Positions 1 through 12,960 of a DNA stretch of 64,000 nt are shown here, in pieces. The notes under the pieces are model-generated. The model had not been told where the DNA came from. It saw only the letters and a program-made list of their open reading frames with translations, and did not search any database. This DNA is from Octopus sinensis (Eukaryota): assembly GCF_006345805.1 (NCBI RefSeq), contig NC_042998.1, positions 16,678,001 through 16,742,000 of the forward strand. The letters are read 5' to 3'. Within the stretch, counting starts at the first letter, position 1; the number at the start of each line of letters is the position of its first letter. The translations under genes and the position numbers were made by a program.

Positions 1-803
1 TTAATATGATGTCTGGCCTATTTGCATCTATCTTTCTGTCAGTTTGAATGGTGAAGTTCCAGAGGAGTGAGGTGTGGTCATTTTCAAGCACTGGAGGTGA
101 ATTGTGTTCGCACCAGTTTTTTCATGGGTCAAATCCAGGTTTTTGCAAATTACACAATGAATATATTGTGCTGCTCTATAATGCCTACTGAGGTACTCTG
201 TAGGCGCTAGAAGACTGCATTTGGAGACAACATGGTCAATGGTTACATTTTGTCGTCGGCATACACGACACGTTGGGCTATTGCCGTTCTTTAATATGTT
301 GGCCTGGTAGTTTCTTGTTGGTAGGCATTGATCTTGTGCTGCTATGATAAGCCCCTCTGTTTCAGCTTTTAAGCAAGAGGCCATTAGCCATTGATGGGTC
401 AGGGCTTTGTCAATATCTGCATTATTCGCTCTCTTTGGGTATTTGCCATAGAGACGTTTTTCTTGCCATTTATTATTCAGAATATCTAAGGCCGCAGTTT
501 TGGCACGGGTTTTCATGCGCCTAGCTTTTTCTGTGCTTGTGTCTTGTATGTCCATCTCTAATTCCGAAATTGGTTGTATTCGGAATTCACTTAGATATTC
601 CTTTGTTTTGTTACTGAGTATGATGCTTTCTTGTCTTCATGTTTTGAGACAAGTTTTAACATCCAGTCCTCAGACTTTTTCAGGTAGGTGTCTAAGCCAA
701 TTGTAGCAACCTTCATTGTTATTGCCAGTTGCAAAAAACCACGGCCTCCCTCTTTTCTTGGCAGATAAAGTCGTTCTGTATCTGCCTTAGGGTGGTGCAT
801 TCT
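1..803 (-). mobile_element. R4/Dong-clade non-LTR retrotransposon fragment (post-RT region and zinc knuckle), decayed, runs off the window start
   Basis: ORFs 591..800 (MHHPKADTERLYLPRKEGGRGFLQL) and 28..555 (LKAETEGLIIAAQDQCLPTRNY...CRVC...TIDHVVSKC) match R4/Dong ORF motifs and are homologous to 35,934..36,866. Its 5' end abuts the (TAA)n tract. Confidence 0.85.
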
Positions 804-809
804 ATAATT

Positions 810-887
<78 letters not shown>

Positions 888-909
888 ATTATAATTATTA
901 TTATTATTA

Positions 910-993
<84 letters not shown>
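804..993. repeat. (ATT)n/(TAA)n microsatellite, 3' tail of the adjacent Dong-like copy
   Basis: About 190 bp of near-pure ATT repeats directly joined to the element 3' end at 994. Confidence 0.95.
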
Positions 994-1686
994 GGTAGTT
1001 TTATTTTTATAGCGTGCTTTCACTTCACTACCGAGTGCAGCTCTGTGTGCCTTGGGTATGTGCTGTGATTTGTTGTGATGCTCTGATGGTTATTGTATGG
1101 AAAGTGTTCTGCGTAGGATGTGTGCAGTGGCTAGTAGTGCAATTTTCTGTATGTTATATGTGTTTGTAAGTCCTGGTGTTTTTGTTATGTATTTGTCTGA
1201 ATATTTTTTTATCATGCCTAATGCACCTACTATGATAGGAATTGTTTCTGTTTTCAGGTTCCACATTCTAGTTACCTCTATTTCCAGGTCTTTGTATTTT
1301 GAGAGTTTCTCCATTTCTTTTAGAGACACGTTGTCATCTGCCGGTATTGATACATCAATTAGAAAGCATTTTTTTTCTTCATGATCTCTGACAACTATAT
1401 CTGGTCTGTTGGCCTTAATTTCTCTATCTGTGTGTATCGGCATATCCCAGAGTATGGTTGCTTTCTCGTTTTCTGTGACTTTTTCTGGTGTGTGTCTATA
1501 CCATCTTTTTTCTGTTGTTATTCCATAATGTTGGTATAGCTTCCAATGCAGTTACTTGTAATATTTCTTTTCATTACATGTTTTTGGTAATTTCTGGTGA
1601 GGAGGCTTTGGTCTTGTGCTGCAATTAAAAATCCCTCTGTTTCTGCTTTGAGTCCTGAGCTTCTCAACCATTGCTGGGATTTTTCT
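994..1686 (-). mobile_element. 5'-truncated young R4/Dong-like LINE copy (RLE endonuclease region plus 3' UTR)
   Basis: Near-identical reverse complement of about 36,340-37,136. ORF 1090..1443 has the PD-(D/E)xK-type NRPDIVV...FLIDVS...KLSKYKDL motif. It carries a 109-bp internal deletion relative to the 35-37 kb copy. Confidence 0.92.
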
Positions 1687-1689
1687 AAA

Positions 1690-3870
1690 TTCCAAATCTC
1701 ACTCAGAGACCTCAAGAGACAGTAAGTTAAAATTGCATGTTGATGTAAGGCCTACGTTTTCATATATTTGGTTTGCGCATAATATTGTTCTACAGAATTT
1801 TTTTTAAGAAAACATGGAAATTTTAAGTTGGTGGTAAAATTTGAGATTTCATAAACTGTGTATCACGTAGGATGTGGAGAGTTGCCATGAGCACTATCGT
1901 TTGAATTTCTGCCATTTGGGGTTTCCTGGCACTGGATCCAGTTGGGAATCAGTGACTTTTGCATTCCTTCCTAGGTTAAATATGACAAGAGGAATTATTT
2001 TACTCTTGAGGTTCCACATTTTGCCAATTTCTAATTTTAGATCTTTGTATTTCCTCAGTTTTTGGTAGGTCTTGACACATACATTTATGTTCTTTCAGGC
2101 AGTCATAACAATGAGAAGTCATGATTTTTGACTGAAGTTTTTGAGTATAACGTATGGCCTAATCCCATCTATCTTTCTGTGATATTGAACTGACAGAATG
2201 TTTCAGAGGAGTGAGATGTGATCCTTTTCAAGTCCTGGGGCGGTTTGTGTTCCCACCAGTTGATATCATGGGAGAGATCCAGGTTTTTGCAAATTTTCCT
2301 GTGAATATATTGTGCTACTCTACATGCCTATTGAGATATTCTGTAGGTGGCAGAAGACTGCTCATGGAGACATTATCGATGGTTTTCTTCTGTTGTTTAA
2401 ATATACAGCATGTTGAGCTACCGCCGTTCTTTAATATGTTGACCTGGTAGTTTCGTGTATGTAGGCATTGATCTTGAGATGCTACGATAACACCTTCTGT
2501 TTCCGATTTTAAGCCAGAAGGCACAAACGATTCATGAATAAGGGCTTTGTTGACATCTGCAGTATTAGTTCTGTTTGGGTATTTGTCATGAAGAGATTTT
2601 CCTTGCCATTTATCGGTAAGAGTATCTAAGGCAGCAGTTTTAGCACAGGTTTTCATAAGCATAGATTTGTCTGTGCTTGTTTCCAGTACCCATTATTCTG
2701 GGATTTCTTGTATTTGAAATTCACTTAGATATTCCTCTTGCCTCTTTCGTTACTGAGAATGATGCTTTCTATTTTTCATGATTCAAGTGAATTTTTAAAC
2801 TCCAGTTTTTCAGGTAAATGTTTAGGGCAATTGTGGCAAACTTCATTGTTAATTCCAGTCGTAAAAGGCCATGGCTACCCACTTACTTGTCAGGTAAAAT
2901 AGTTCTATATCTGCCTTTGGATAGTGCATTCTATGCATTGTCAACAATTTTCGTATTTTTCTGTTAAGATTAAGTATTTAAGTAATTGACCAGTTAATAA
3001 TATTGAAACTGTAAGTCACGATAGGTATGGCTAAAATATTGATCGCGTCTATACTGTTTCTTGCATTTAGCACTGTCTTGAATATCGGACTTACTCTGCG
3101 ATAACATTCTCTTCTGATCCTTTCCCTCATCATTGAATGTTTGATCCCCTCACATTTAAATACCCGAAGGTATTTGAATGTAACCGCTGGTTCTAATTCC
3201 TTTGTGAAATTTTGCTTGTGAAGAGTATCATTAGATGTTTCTATCACTTCCCCCTGGGCTTTTATAAAGGTAACTTTTGCGCGTTTATCGTTCAGTAATC
3301 CTAAATGCAGAAGCACCGGGATGTTTTATAATTTTTATATGCCAAAAAATGATTATATTTCCCGGGGTATGTCCTCTTTCTTCTTGAAGATTCGCAGCAT
3401 ATTTATGTATCCATGCCAAATTCTGTGTTAATTTAGTACAATAAAGTTTGCAAGTTCAAATGGAAACCTATAAGAGTCTTAGGTATAAAATTTCGACTTA
3501 CATTGTGATCATGTTCCCCATCTTTCATGAGATATTCCTATCCAATAGCTACTTCTTGCCTCAAACATTACAGGATGTTCTATTTTTTTTGTGAATCACG
3601 ACCTGGCCTGAGACATTTATAGCTTTAATGGATTATTCCATCATAATTCTTTATATTATAAAGCAGTGTATCCATTCAATTTCCAGTCTGTCTTTTGTGT
3701 AATGTCCATAATAACAGTTAATGCAATATAGGTGTTTTAAAGACTACTCTGTATGAATGCAGTAAATCAAAAATATTTTTCATCAGATGCCAAGGGCGTA
3801 GAATATGGGTGTGTAAGTATACTGTTCGAGTATTTTCTGACCAATTTTCATTCGCCGTTTGAGATACAAT
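1690..3870 (-). mobile_element. Older, decayed R4/Dong-like LINE (RT C-terminal part to RLE and 3' UTR)
   Basis: Fragments TFKYLRV...RERIRRECYRRV...LNARNSIDAINILAIP (2978..3316), GLKSETEGVIVASQDQCLHTRNY (2315..2662) and KLRKYKDLKLEIGKMWNLK (about 2,000), with many stops and frameshifts. Confidence 0.8.
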
Positions 3871-4254
3871 ATTTTAGTGTAGCTCTTTGTGGTAATTAAA
3901 TGGGGTAAAAGAATTTTATACAACGTAACTAAACTCTTGAAGATGTCCGAAGTTGTCACTTTTATTTTATACCCTAATTTATTAAGTATTTGCTGATTCG
4001 CAACATAATGTTATTAGTCATCATCGCAGTGAAATATAGCATAATACTAATATCACCCAATCAGATTTAACTCTTTACAGAAATGCTTATAAATCAATTC
4101 CCACACTATTTTGCAGTCCTATTTCTGCTAAAACCTTTTGTATTCTGCATAGGCAGTGAGAGGTGTCATTTGAAATTTCGCAAAGCTATCCCGAATTTTA
4201 TTCGTATGGTAATGAAAACAGAAAAATGGAACCTACTGCTTCGAAATAAATACC

Positions 4255-4789
4255 TACATAAATATAAAACACACACGTACACACACACAAACAGACATAT
4301 ACACATGTAACTTGTATGTGTATATATATATATATACACACACACACACATGTACGCGCAAAGACATTCATACCCACACAAACACACCCACACATCCAAA
4401 CAAACACATATATGTTTGAGCGTGTGTGTGTATTTATGGGTGTGTATGTTTGTACGTCTGTGTGAACGAGAGAGAGTGTCTATTTGCGTATATAAATAAT
4501 TCGAGGTTCTGTCTCTGTTTCGTGACAACGTTATATAACTTAAGTATATATTTCCGAATTGCATATTGTCAGTAATTATTCTATGAACTGTTTAGTGTTC
4601 GCAAATATTAATTTTCTCTTTTACTCTAAATTCACATTATATTTGGAATGAGACTTCTTAGTTATACAAATTATTTTTATATTAGTAATCTGAGAGTTGA
4701 CACGGTAGAAATAGATTTCGAAAATAGAATATTACAAATCGAATTGATTTATGTGTGTGCGTGTGTGTACATAAATACATCCATAACAT

Positions 4790-4823
<34 letters not shown>

Positions 4824-4841
4824 GTGTTTATATATATATAT

Positions 4842-4882
<41 letters not shown>

Positions 4883-5081
4883 TATATATATATATATATA
4901 TATATACATATATTCACACATATATGTAGATCGTTTGATAGATAAGTATTTATAAATATTATATGTACTTTTACGTGTGTATACGTATGTGTGTATACAT
5001 ATATTACATATATGCACACACACATATGTATATATATATATATATATCCATCTATCTATCTAACTATATATATATACATAC

Positions 5082-5166
<85 letters not shown>

Positions 5167-5235
5167 TATATATTCATGTCCACATCTGTCTACATGTATC
5201 TTATGTATAAGTCTCTTTGTGTGCGCGTATGTATG
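4255..5235. repeat. Compound (CA)n/(TA)n/(TACA)n microsatellite field
   Basis: Interspersed dinucleotide and tetranucleotide runs. The overlapping 'YIYI' and 'HTHT' ORFs are artefacts. Confidence 0.85.
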
Positions 5236-7502
5236 TTAATTCATCTTTGTTTTGTTGAAAAATATAACCCAAGTGACTCTTTAATTCACATATACTGTTT
5301 TATGTTCGAAGTATATATTATCTCAGCTAAGTTTGTTTTGACTAGGTTTCTAATCCTACACACCGTCGAAACACATACACATCTGCGTTTATTATGTTCT
5401 TTTATCATTCAATGATAAGTCTAGTCTGCGTATTATCTCTTGAGGGTTCTTTCAATCTAGCAAATGTACTGTTGCTTACGTTAGTAGATTATGTGCGGAA
5501 TTGTATCGCGTCAATGTGCATTATCTAGTGTTATATCCCCGTGAGTATCTGAGTAATATTGCTATGCTAAAACTCAAATAGAAACTTAAATGAAAAATCC
5601 ATTATGATGATTATAGAGCTTTCCATCACGTAATACTATTTAAAATTGCGTAATTAACTGATTTACAGGTTATATTCGTTGGTATAGTCTCCATTGCTTT
5701 GCTTTTCTCTTAAAGTTTGTCTTTTGGTGCTATTGATGTTAAATAATTGAAGAGTTATCTAATGAACAACACAGACATGAACCGCGGAAGAACTCTTTCA
5801 GTTGTTGTTAAATGGTTCTCAAAATAATGGTAAATAAAGTTTCACAAGTTTCACAAACTAGCATCGTGTTGCACCCTCTGCATGTAATGAAAAGGAAATG
5901 AAGCCAAAAAAATTAAATTAAAAAATAAAAGCAAAATTTAATTATACTGTTGCAACACCTTCGGGAAAATGGGTACTATTTGTACCCTATCAACAAATTT
6001 ATGATCGGGTGTGTTATTTTTCCTTCCTATATTCCAAATAAAACGTGTATTTTATCTTACTGTAAATTAGTACTCACAGTTATATATATTTGTTTCTTTT
6101 TTCACTAACCGTATATATAATTGAAATATAAATAATGTTACATAAAAACGCAGGACACACAAAGAGCAGGATAAAAATTCATTAGGAATAAAATGAAATA
6201 GTTAACCATTGAGAGTGCACTATTGAGGCTACTGATGCCATCGAGAAGTATTCTGTTAAGAAACAATTATCCTTTTCATGACGGCCTACAAGAGGGAAAA
6301 TTTATGCAAGTCAATTTAAAAAAAAAATATTCACAAATTGTAAAATACGTTTTTAATGCTACTACAAATGGTGGGGTTTTGCCACAACTACGTTTGTCGA
6401 TTATTCAACAGTATGTTTTTTGCATAAGAAAATATTTTCCCAACGCGCTTGGGGTTGAAATACCTGAAAGTAAATTATAGGCAAAATATACAACTCATAT
6501 GAGATCCCAGTTTGGGGCGACGGACATCGAAAACGACGAACCATCGATGTCTGTTGCTCCAAAAAGCGGTCTGATGTGACTTGACTCTCTTGCCTATGAA
6601 CTACTTTCAGGTGTTTTAACATAAACTTTTATATCTTTTATATGCAGAAATTGTTCAATCAAAAAATATGTGAATTATTTTATGAATCTTTAGTCAGTCT
6701 GCTTTCCTGCTTTCAAACTGTGGAAATATGGAGTGAATATATTTAGTGGCTGGAAGTATCAGACTCTATTTTCAGTATATGAGCACGTTAGCGTCTGTGC
6801 GTTGAAGTATAATTATATAATATACAATTATCTCTCCCTCTCCCTCTGTATATGTATATTTATACACATATAGAGATATACATATATACATGTGCGTGTG
6901 AACACACACATACACACGTACACAGTCACACACACACGCATACACACACATATATATATATACATATACATATATGTGTGTTTATCGTTTACTGTATGTT
7001 CCTATTCGTTATTGTTTTTAAACTGCGTTCTCACTGTCTACGCCACTATGTTCTTTTCAGATTGTGACAGTCCTACACACGCTCTTTTGTCAAAGGAAGT
7101 TGTGTCATAGTAAATCAAGCCCTTTAATTCGATGACGATTTTAAATAAAAGTATAGAAGATCATTTTAAATATAAAGTTATGTCGGCGGTTTTAAATATG
7201 ATTAATACGAATTCGAAACATCATACAAATTCAAATGTTATAGTCTCGATTCCCTTAGCAAAATGCGTAACGCCAATTTCTTCATGGTTATGCTCTGAGT
7301 GTATATTCAATCCTTCGGTGTCCATAAAATAACTAGCAGTTGAGCACTGGCTTCGATTTAATCGACTTAGCCCCTCCTTCGTAATTGGTGGCCTTGTGCC
7401 AAAAATTGAAAGCAAGAAGACGGTATCCATTCTTTTAACTAGTTTTGCTTCTTTTGCATTTGTTGTTTTGCTTTAACATATAAAACTTATCAGTATTTCG
7501 CT

Positions 7503-7766
7503 AGAAGCGGCTGTGTGGTAAGAAGCCCGTCGTATATATGTATATGTGTGTATATGTTTGTGTGTCTGTGTTTGTCCCCTCCCCCCAACATCGCTTTACA
7601 ACCGATGCTGGTGTGTTTATATACCGGTAAGCAAAAGCGACCGATAGAGTAAATACTAGGCTTCCAAAGAATAAGTCCTGGGGTCAATTTGCTCGACTAA
7701 AAGGTTGTGCTCCAACATGGCTGCAGTCAAATGACTGAAACAAGTAAAAGAGTAAATGAGTAAACG
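7503..7766 (+). mobile_element. Octopus-type tRNA-derived SINE (family A), internally deleted copy
   Basis: GGCTGTGTGGTAAG head joined to the body, with the 3' CAGTCAAATGACTGAAACAAGTAAAAGAGTAAA tail shared with the 34,107 copy. Confidence 0.75.
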
Positions 7767-8799
7767 AGTATGCAAATATTAGGTATTAAGTTCAAAATCT
7801 GAATGTTTATCATGCTAAACAAGTGTGAAAATATCAGGCTAGGTCTTGTTTATATATCTTCCTCCGTTTATTGGATCATATTTCGTAAATAACTTAGAAT
7901 CCGATCGGAGGTACTTGCAATCATTGACTAACAACTATGTTAATCGCAACAGAAAATGTTAAAATATATTATGTACAAGAAATACATTAAACAGATCAAG
8001 TTCGGTAGTTGGTGCAATTATATACTTGAATTTGTTCATCATGTGTTATCGAAGATTAATGAAATATACAGGGACTTAGAAGAAATGTCTAAATCAGCAC
8101 ATGATTTATCAAGAGAAGATGGATTTGTTCAATCGGGCACTAGGGATGCCAGAAATAGATAATAGCTGTCAAGTAATTCATCCATATATAATGAAATGTC
8201 TCAAGACGTTTCCTTTTCTAAATTAACTACCCGTTGATCATTTGATACACGTTGTCTTTCGAATAAATATTCATAGAGCGGAATCAGAGCAATCGTATTA
8301 CAAAACCAATTTTCTTTCCCATTGTTTATATATCTTTGATTGTTTTTCATGATTTAGGTGGAATATAAAACTTCATTAACTGCAAAAGGTAACATATAGA
8401 GAGGTAGCTGAATATATGCTGTGAACGACAATGAAAAAGAAATATCTACTTATGTTGGTAGCCTTTCAGTCATATCCTAATAAGTTGGTCTTTTGTTTAG
8501 TAAACAGGAAAGCGTAACTAGTGTTATACACTTTCAATATAATTTTAATTATCTTTTAATTACCATACGTTAAACAGTATTTTAAATTTCACTCAGAATA
8601 CGAAACGCAGGAGAAAGTATCAACGATATCCTCTCTGATCTACTATTGTGAGAACTTCAATAGATGATAAGAGTGACACAAGTAAATTCTAAGGGGCAAA
8701 TTTATTAAAATGTAGTGGTTGATTTATTCTTGAGAGGAAGAATGTAATTTTCTCTAGTAAGAGACGGAACTGTCTGAGGGAAATTTATACGGAATATTG

Positions 8800-8990
8800 A
8801 TTACCCATCACTGTTCAGGTTTTCTCAAATTCCCATGACCTTATTTTTCGCACGTTCCTAGATTTTGAGGCCTCTGATACTTCCTCTCGATGTCATCCAG
8901 CGTCTTCTATCAAATAATCGATGTATGACATCGCGTTCAACCACTGCGACTGCGACCAATTCGTATTGTCTAAAGTATAAAACGTATCCA
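8800..8990 (-). mobile_element. Possible RTE-like LINE 3' end remnant
   Basis: The minus strand reads roughly ...MSYIDYLIEDAG..., resembling the GRP...YID.L..D.G C-terminus of RTE-type ORFs. Highly degraded. Confidence 0.25.
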
Positions 8991-9836
8991 TAAAATGAAC
9001 TTTTTCTCTTAATATAGTGAAACTTTCGGAACATAAAATCTGTTTCTGTTCATTTCAGGAACTATTCATAATAATATGAGCATGTGTGCATAGATGACAG
9101 TCTGCAAAATTTCCTTCTTTGTTTTTCATCTGTGTCCCATTGGTAGAATCATAATATTACATAGTGCCTAAGCAGCTGCCTAAGTAGAAAGTAATGCGGT
9201 GACGTAAATACATCTCTGTTCAAATCTGTTGATGGTAAATATTTGTAAATTTATGAATAATTTCCGGTGATTTCTGAGTTTATACAATATATATGGCTTC
9301 AAATTTCAGTTGTTGAATAATTTAAATATCATACAAAAATGTTATATTCACTTATTTGTTAATTACGATCATGGTTCAAATTCCGTCGAGGTCAACTTTA
9401 CATTTCCTAGTTATCTTTCATGTTTCAAATTCCGCTGAGGTCGACTTTACCTTTCATTGTCAAGATTGAAGTAATGAGGTAGATAAAATCGATAAGCTCC
9501 ATCCGCTATAATTTCAGGCCTTCTGCTATAGTATGAATGATTAATGCTCTCACCCCTCTGAAAATTCCTAGTCTTATAAGTTTCTTGCTGACTATGCAGT
9601 CGCTGGCGCCACGTGTAAAGCATCCAGTCCACAGTGTAGAGTCTCTGGCATTTGGAAGGGTATCCAGCTATAAAAAGGATGCCAAACCTAACCTCACCTG
9701 TGCCGGTACCACGCAAAAGGAACACAATCCATTCTCTGGGGAGGTTGATGTAAGGAAGGTTTTGACATTTGTTACAAAGATGGAATTTAAATATGTTCAT
9801 CTTGAAAGCATAACTAGAGCTAAAAATTGCACGCAG

Positions 9837-10236
9837 TACTCTTTTACTCTTTTACTCTTTTACTTGTTTCAGTCATTTGACTGCGGCCATGCTGGAGCAC
9901 CGCCTTTAGTCGAGCAACTCGACCCCGGGACTTATTCTTTTTGAAAGCCCAGTACTTATTCTATCGGTCTCTTTTTGCCGAACCGCTAAGTGACGGGGAC
10001 GTAAACACACCAGCATCGGTTGTCAAACAATGGTAGGGGAACAAACATAAACACACAAACACATACATATATATACATATATACGACAGGCTTCTTTCAG
10101 TTTCCGTCTACCAAATCCACTCACAAGGCATTGGTCGGCCCGGGGCTATAGCAGAAGACACTTGCCCAAGATGCCACGCAGTGGGACTGAACCCAGAACC
10201 ATGTGGTTGGTTAGCAAGCTACTTACCACACAGCCA
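9837..10236 (-). mobile_element. tRNA-derived SINE family A, near-full copy
   Basis: Reverse complement of the 34,107-34,573 copy: A-box TGGCTGTGTGG, B-box GGTTCAGTCCC, internal microsatellite and (GTAAAAGA)n tail. Confidence 0.9.
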
Positions 10237-10559
10237 TTTTAACATAAATTGGATCCCGAACACAACGCGTCATACAAAATAACTGAAATCTTATCATACA
10301 TCGGTTGCGGATAAGGTTTTCAGTAAAACGTTCATGGTAAAAATGTGCGTGCTGTTAGTGTTGTTGTATGCATCCTCAAATGCTGGAGTCCATGATAGAT
10401 CAGGCATGAAACCAGATCTGTGGTTGTTTCGGCACTTTCACCGCCATACCAGAGATGCAATGGGTCACCTATTAATACAAGAGAAAAAATAAGCTCTCGC
10501 ACTATAGCATGAAATTCGTTAAATCAGACGTCATAATTCTGGGCAAGATATTTCTTTCA

Positions 10560-11100
10560 GATCCATTGCTTGTTCCTCTTGCAATTATTGTCCTCTCTTC
10601 TGAGAGGGTGGTGTAATGACATGCTTTCTCAGCGGCTTCGAACAATTTTCTGTATACGATCTTATTAGTCTCCTTTTGAACTAGTTCAAGACTTCTGAGT
10701 ATCAATCGAGGCCTGGTTCCAATAACTCTAATAACTGTCACCACTAGAAGGTAAATTGTCTTCTAAGAATTCTTTCCAAAGGAATGTGATTTCCACGTTC
10801 TCTTCCCAGGAAATTGAGAACTCTACCAGCTTTACCAATTCTTGTTTTCCATACAGCATATGACAATATTGGAGTTTTTGTTGTATACAGATGGGAAGTG
10901 GTATTTCTTATCAAGGTTAATACAAAGTTCCTTTCTGTTTTCCCATTTTAGATCATTCTGTTCCTTTTAGAGGCAACATGCAGCGATCACAATCCCAACA
11001 AAACTTGGAAATACATTGTAGTCTTTCACCATTATTAATTCGCTTTACCCATTTCACCAGTACATCAGCCATTTCTCTCAGGAAAAAATAACTAATTCTT
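10560..11100 (-). mobile_element. Decayed RLE endonuclease region of a HERO/NeSL-like non-LTR element
   Basis: Across a frameshift the minus strand reads PILSYAVWKTRIG..LVEFSISWEENVEITF, resembling the RPDIVLWS...IELTVPWEEN RLE motif. Confidence 0.4.
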
Positions 11101-11184
11101 AAATTTTCATAGAAAAAGAGAGGAACAAGATTTTCATACGTATCTCTTAAAATGTTATTTTCCACTTCTTCCAGTCATTAGACT

Positions 11185-11422
11185 GCAGCCTTTCTGGAGC
11201 AAAGCCTTGGAGAATTTTAATCATAGAATTCGACTACAACACTTAAAATGTTTAAGCCTGGTATTTACTATATTAGACACTTTTGCCGAACCGCTAATTA
11301 GGGTGATGTAAACTCACCAGCACTTGTTCTCACGTGATGGCGGGGAACAAACACAGATACAAAGACACATACACACATATATGTATGTATATATGTGCGT
11401 TTGTATAGATATGTACGGGTAC

Positions 11423-11475
<53 letters not shown>

Positions 11476-11500
11476 GAAAGATAGAAAAGGCTAAACAATG
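11185..11500 (-). mobile_element. SINE family A fragment with expanded (TA)n
   Basis: TTTTGCCGAACCGCTAA and AAACACAGATAC motifs of the family plus a (TA)n tract. Confidence 0.65.
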
Positions 11501-11539
11501 AAAATAGATTTTAAGATGTGCTAACGTAAGCTAAAAGTA

Positions 11540-12235
11540 AGTTACCTGATAGTCTTTGGTTTTATGTGTATCCAGTATTTCGGGACATACAAATCCCTTC
11601 TTCAGAGTTTAAAAGGAACTGTCCTTGGTCAGATGTTTCTTGTCGAAAATTAAATAATTTTATGATTATATTTGAATTTTCAAGCGTTGTTCCTCTTCGG
11701 GAATGTTAGCGACGTCAATTATTAACTTATCGCTCCACAAATCAATTTACATTACCTCTTCTCTTATATGTAGCGAATGTGCCTGAGGGTGTATGTCATG
11801 TTATGTATTGCGTGCCCAGCTCCAATCTATTATTCATTTGTGTGTTTTTTTTTTATAGATAATAAAAGCTTCCTTAATTATTAAGTTGCCGAGATTTCTA
11901 TCATTGGCTTCAATTGTAACTTTAATTTCTTTGTTGGTATGTTTACATTTATCAATCTGTTTTTTGAATGAGGGTGCTCGTGTGTTGAAATGTTCCCTAA
12001 TGCGAGTATGCAAAGTTCGAGTTATGCTGCCTATATAAAACGCCTTACATTTGTCGCATTCTATTCAGTGTACTACATGTGTCCATGGCACATACCTGTA
12101 TCGCAGTTAGGACAGTTAATTAATGGGAATTGATTGTTGTCTCTAGATTGCTTTTTATTCAGGTATCTGCGCAGAGAGGTGCCGGAGTGTGCTAATTTTA
12201 TGTCCAGTCCTTTGTTGCGTATGTTTCTGTCTCCA
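11540..12235 (-). mobile_element. Penelope-like element 3' fragment (Cys-rich linker, GIY-YIG remnant, pseudo-LTR end)
   Basis: The minus strand reads ...CPNCDTGMCH...ECDKCKAFYIGSITRTLHTRIREHFN (YIG at 12,029-12,037), a PLE GIY-YIG signature. A hammerhead-core-like motif lies at 11,578-11,605. Confidence 0.7.
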
Positions 12236-12960
12236 TCCTTCCTCTCACTAAGTATGGCTAAAGCATTGGTCGCTTCGATCCTGTTTCTTTCATTCAGCTC
12301 TGTCTTGAGTGTTGGACTCACCCTGCGATAACATTCTCTTCTGATCCTTTCCCTCATCACTGAATGATTCCGTCCCCTTCAATTTCCCCTAGGTATTTGT
12401 AGCTTTCTCCGGTTCTAAATCTTTTATGACATTCTCCTGGTTAAGGTTAACGTTAGATGTTTCTTTTGATAAAGCTGTATTTTACACATTTATCGAGGCC
12501 AAATTACATCCTGATATCTTCACTGAATTGTTATATCTTCTTCTATTTTGACACCCTCCCAGTTTTGCTCTTCTAAGGAGTCTACGTCTGTAGATATTCT
12601 ATCAATCCAAGGAGCCTTTTCATTGTGTGTTTTTTCTTCTTCCCATATTTTACTCCAAAATTCCTGCACTTCTTCTTTTGATGGGACAGACTTTACTGTA
12701 ACTGGTGTTTTTCCTGCAAAAATTTTGGGTTTATTTTTGAACATGTCCTTGAAGAATCTAATGCGCATTTCATACCTTCCTATGCGAGCAGTCTTAACAC
12801 ATACCGTTTGCTTGGTCATTTCTATGGTGATATCAATGTCAAGTATGGTTTTCATAGTATATTTCTTCTTTAATTTTCGGGTTTTTTTGTAGGTTTGACA
12901 GTCTTGTCAGACTTAAAGTTTTTCAAACATTCTATGTCAGCTCTAAGTAGCTTAATTTGG
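12236..12960 (-). mobile_element. R4/Dong-like LINE fragments (pre-RT and post-RT pieces, internally deleted)
   Basis: ORF 12520..12855 (PSKEEVQEFWSKIWEEEKTHNEKAPWI) and 12073..12360 (RERIRRECYRRVSPTLKTELNERNRIEATNALAI), the latter homologous to 2978..3316. Confidence 0.7.

Noticed and set aside
719-998. Poly-Ile ORFs, and the many YIYI/HTHT/CVCV ORFs throughout the window
   Set aside because: They are translations of (ATT)n, (TA)n and (CA)n microsatellites, not genes.
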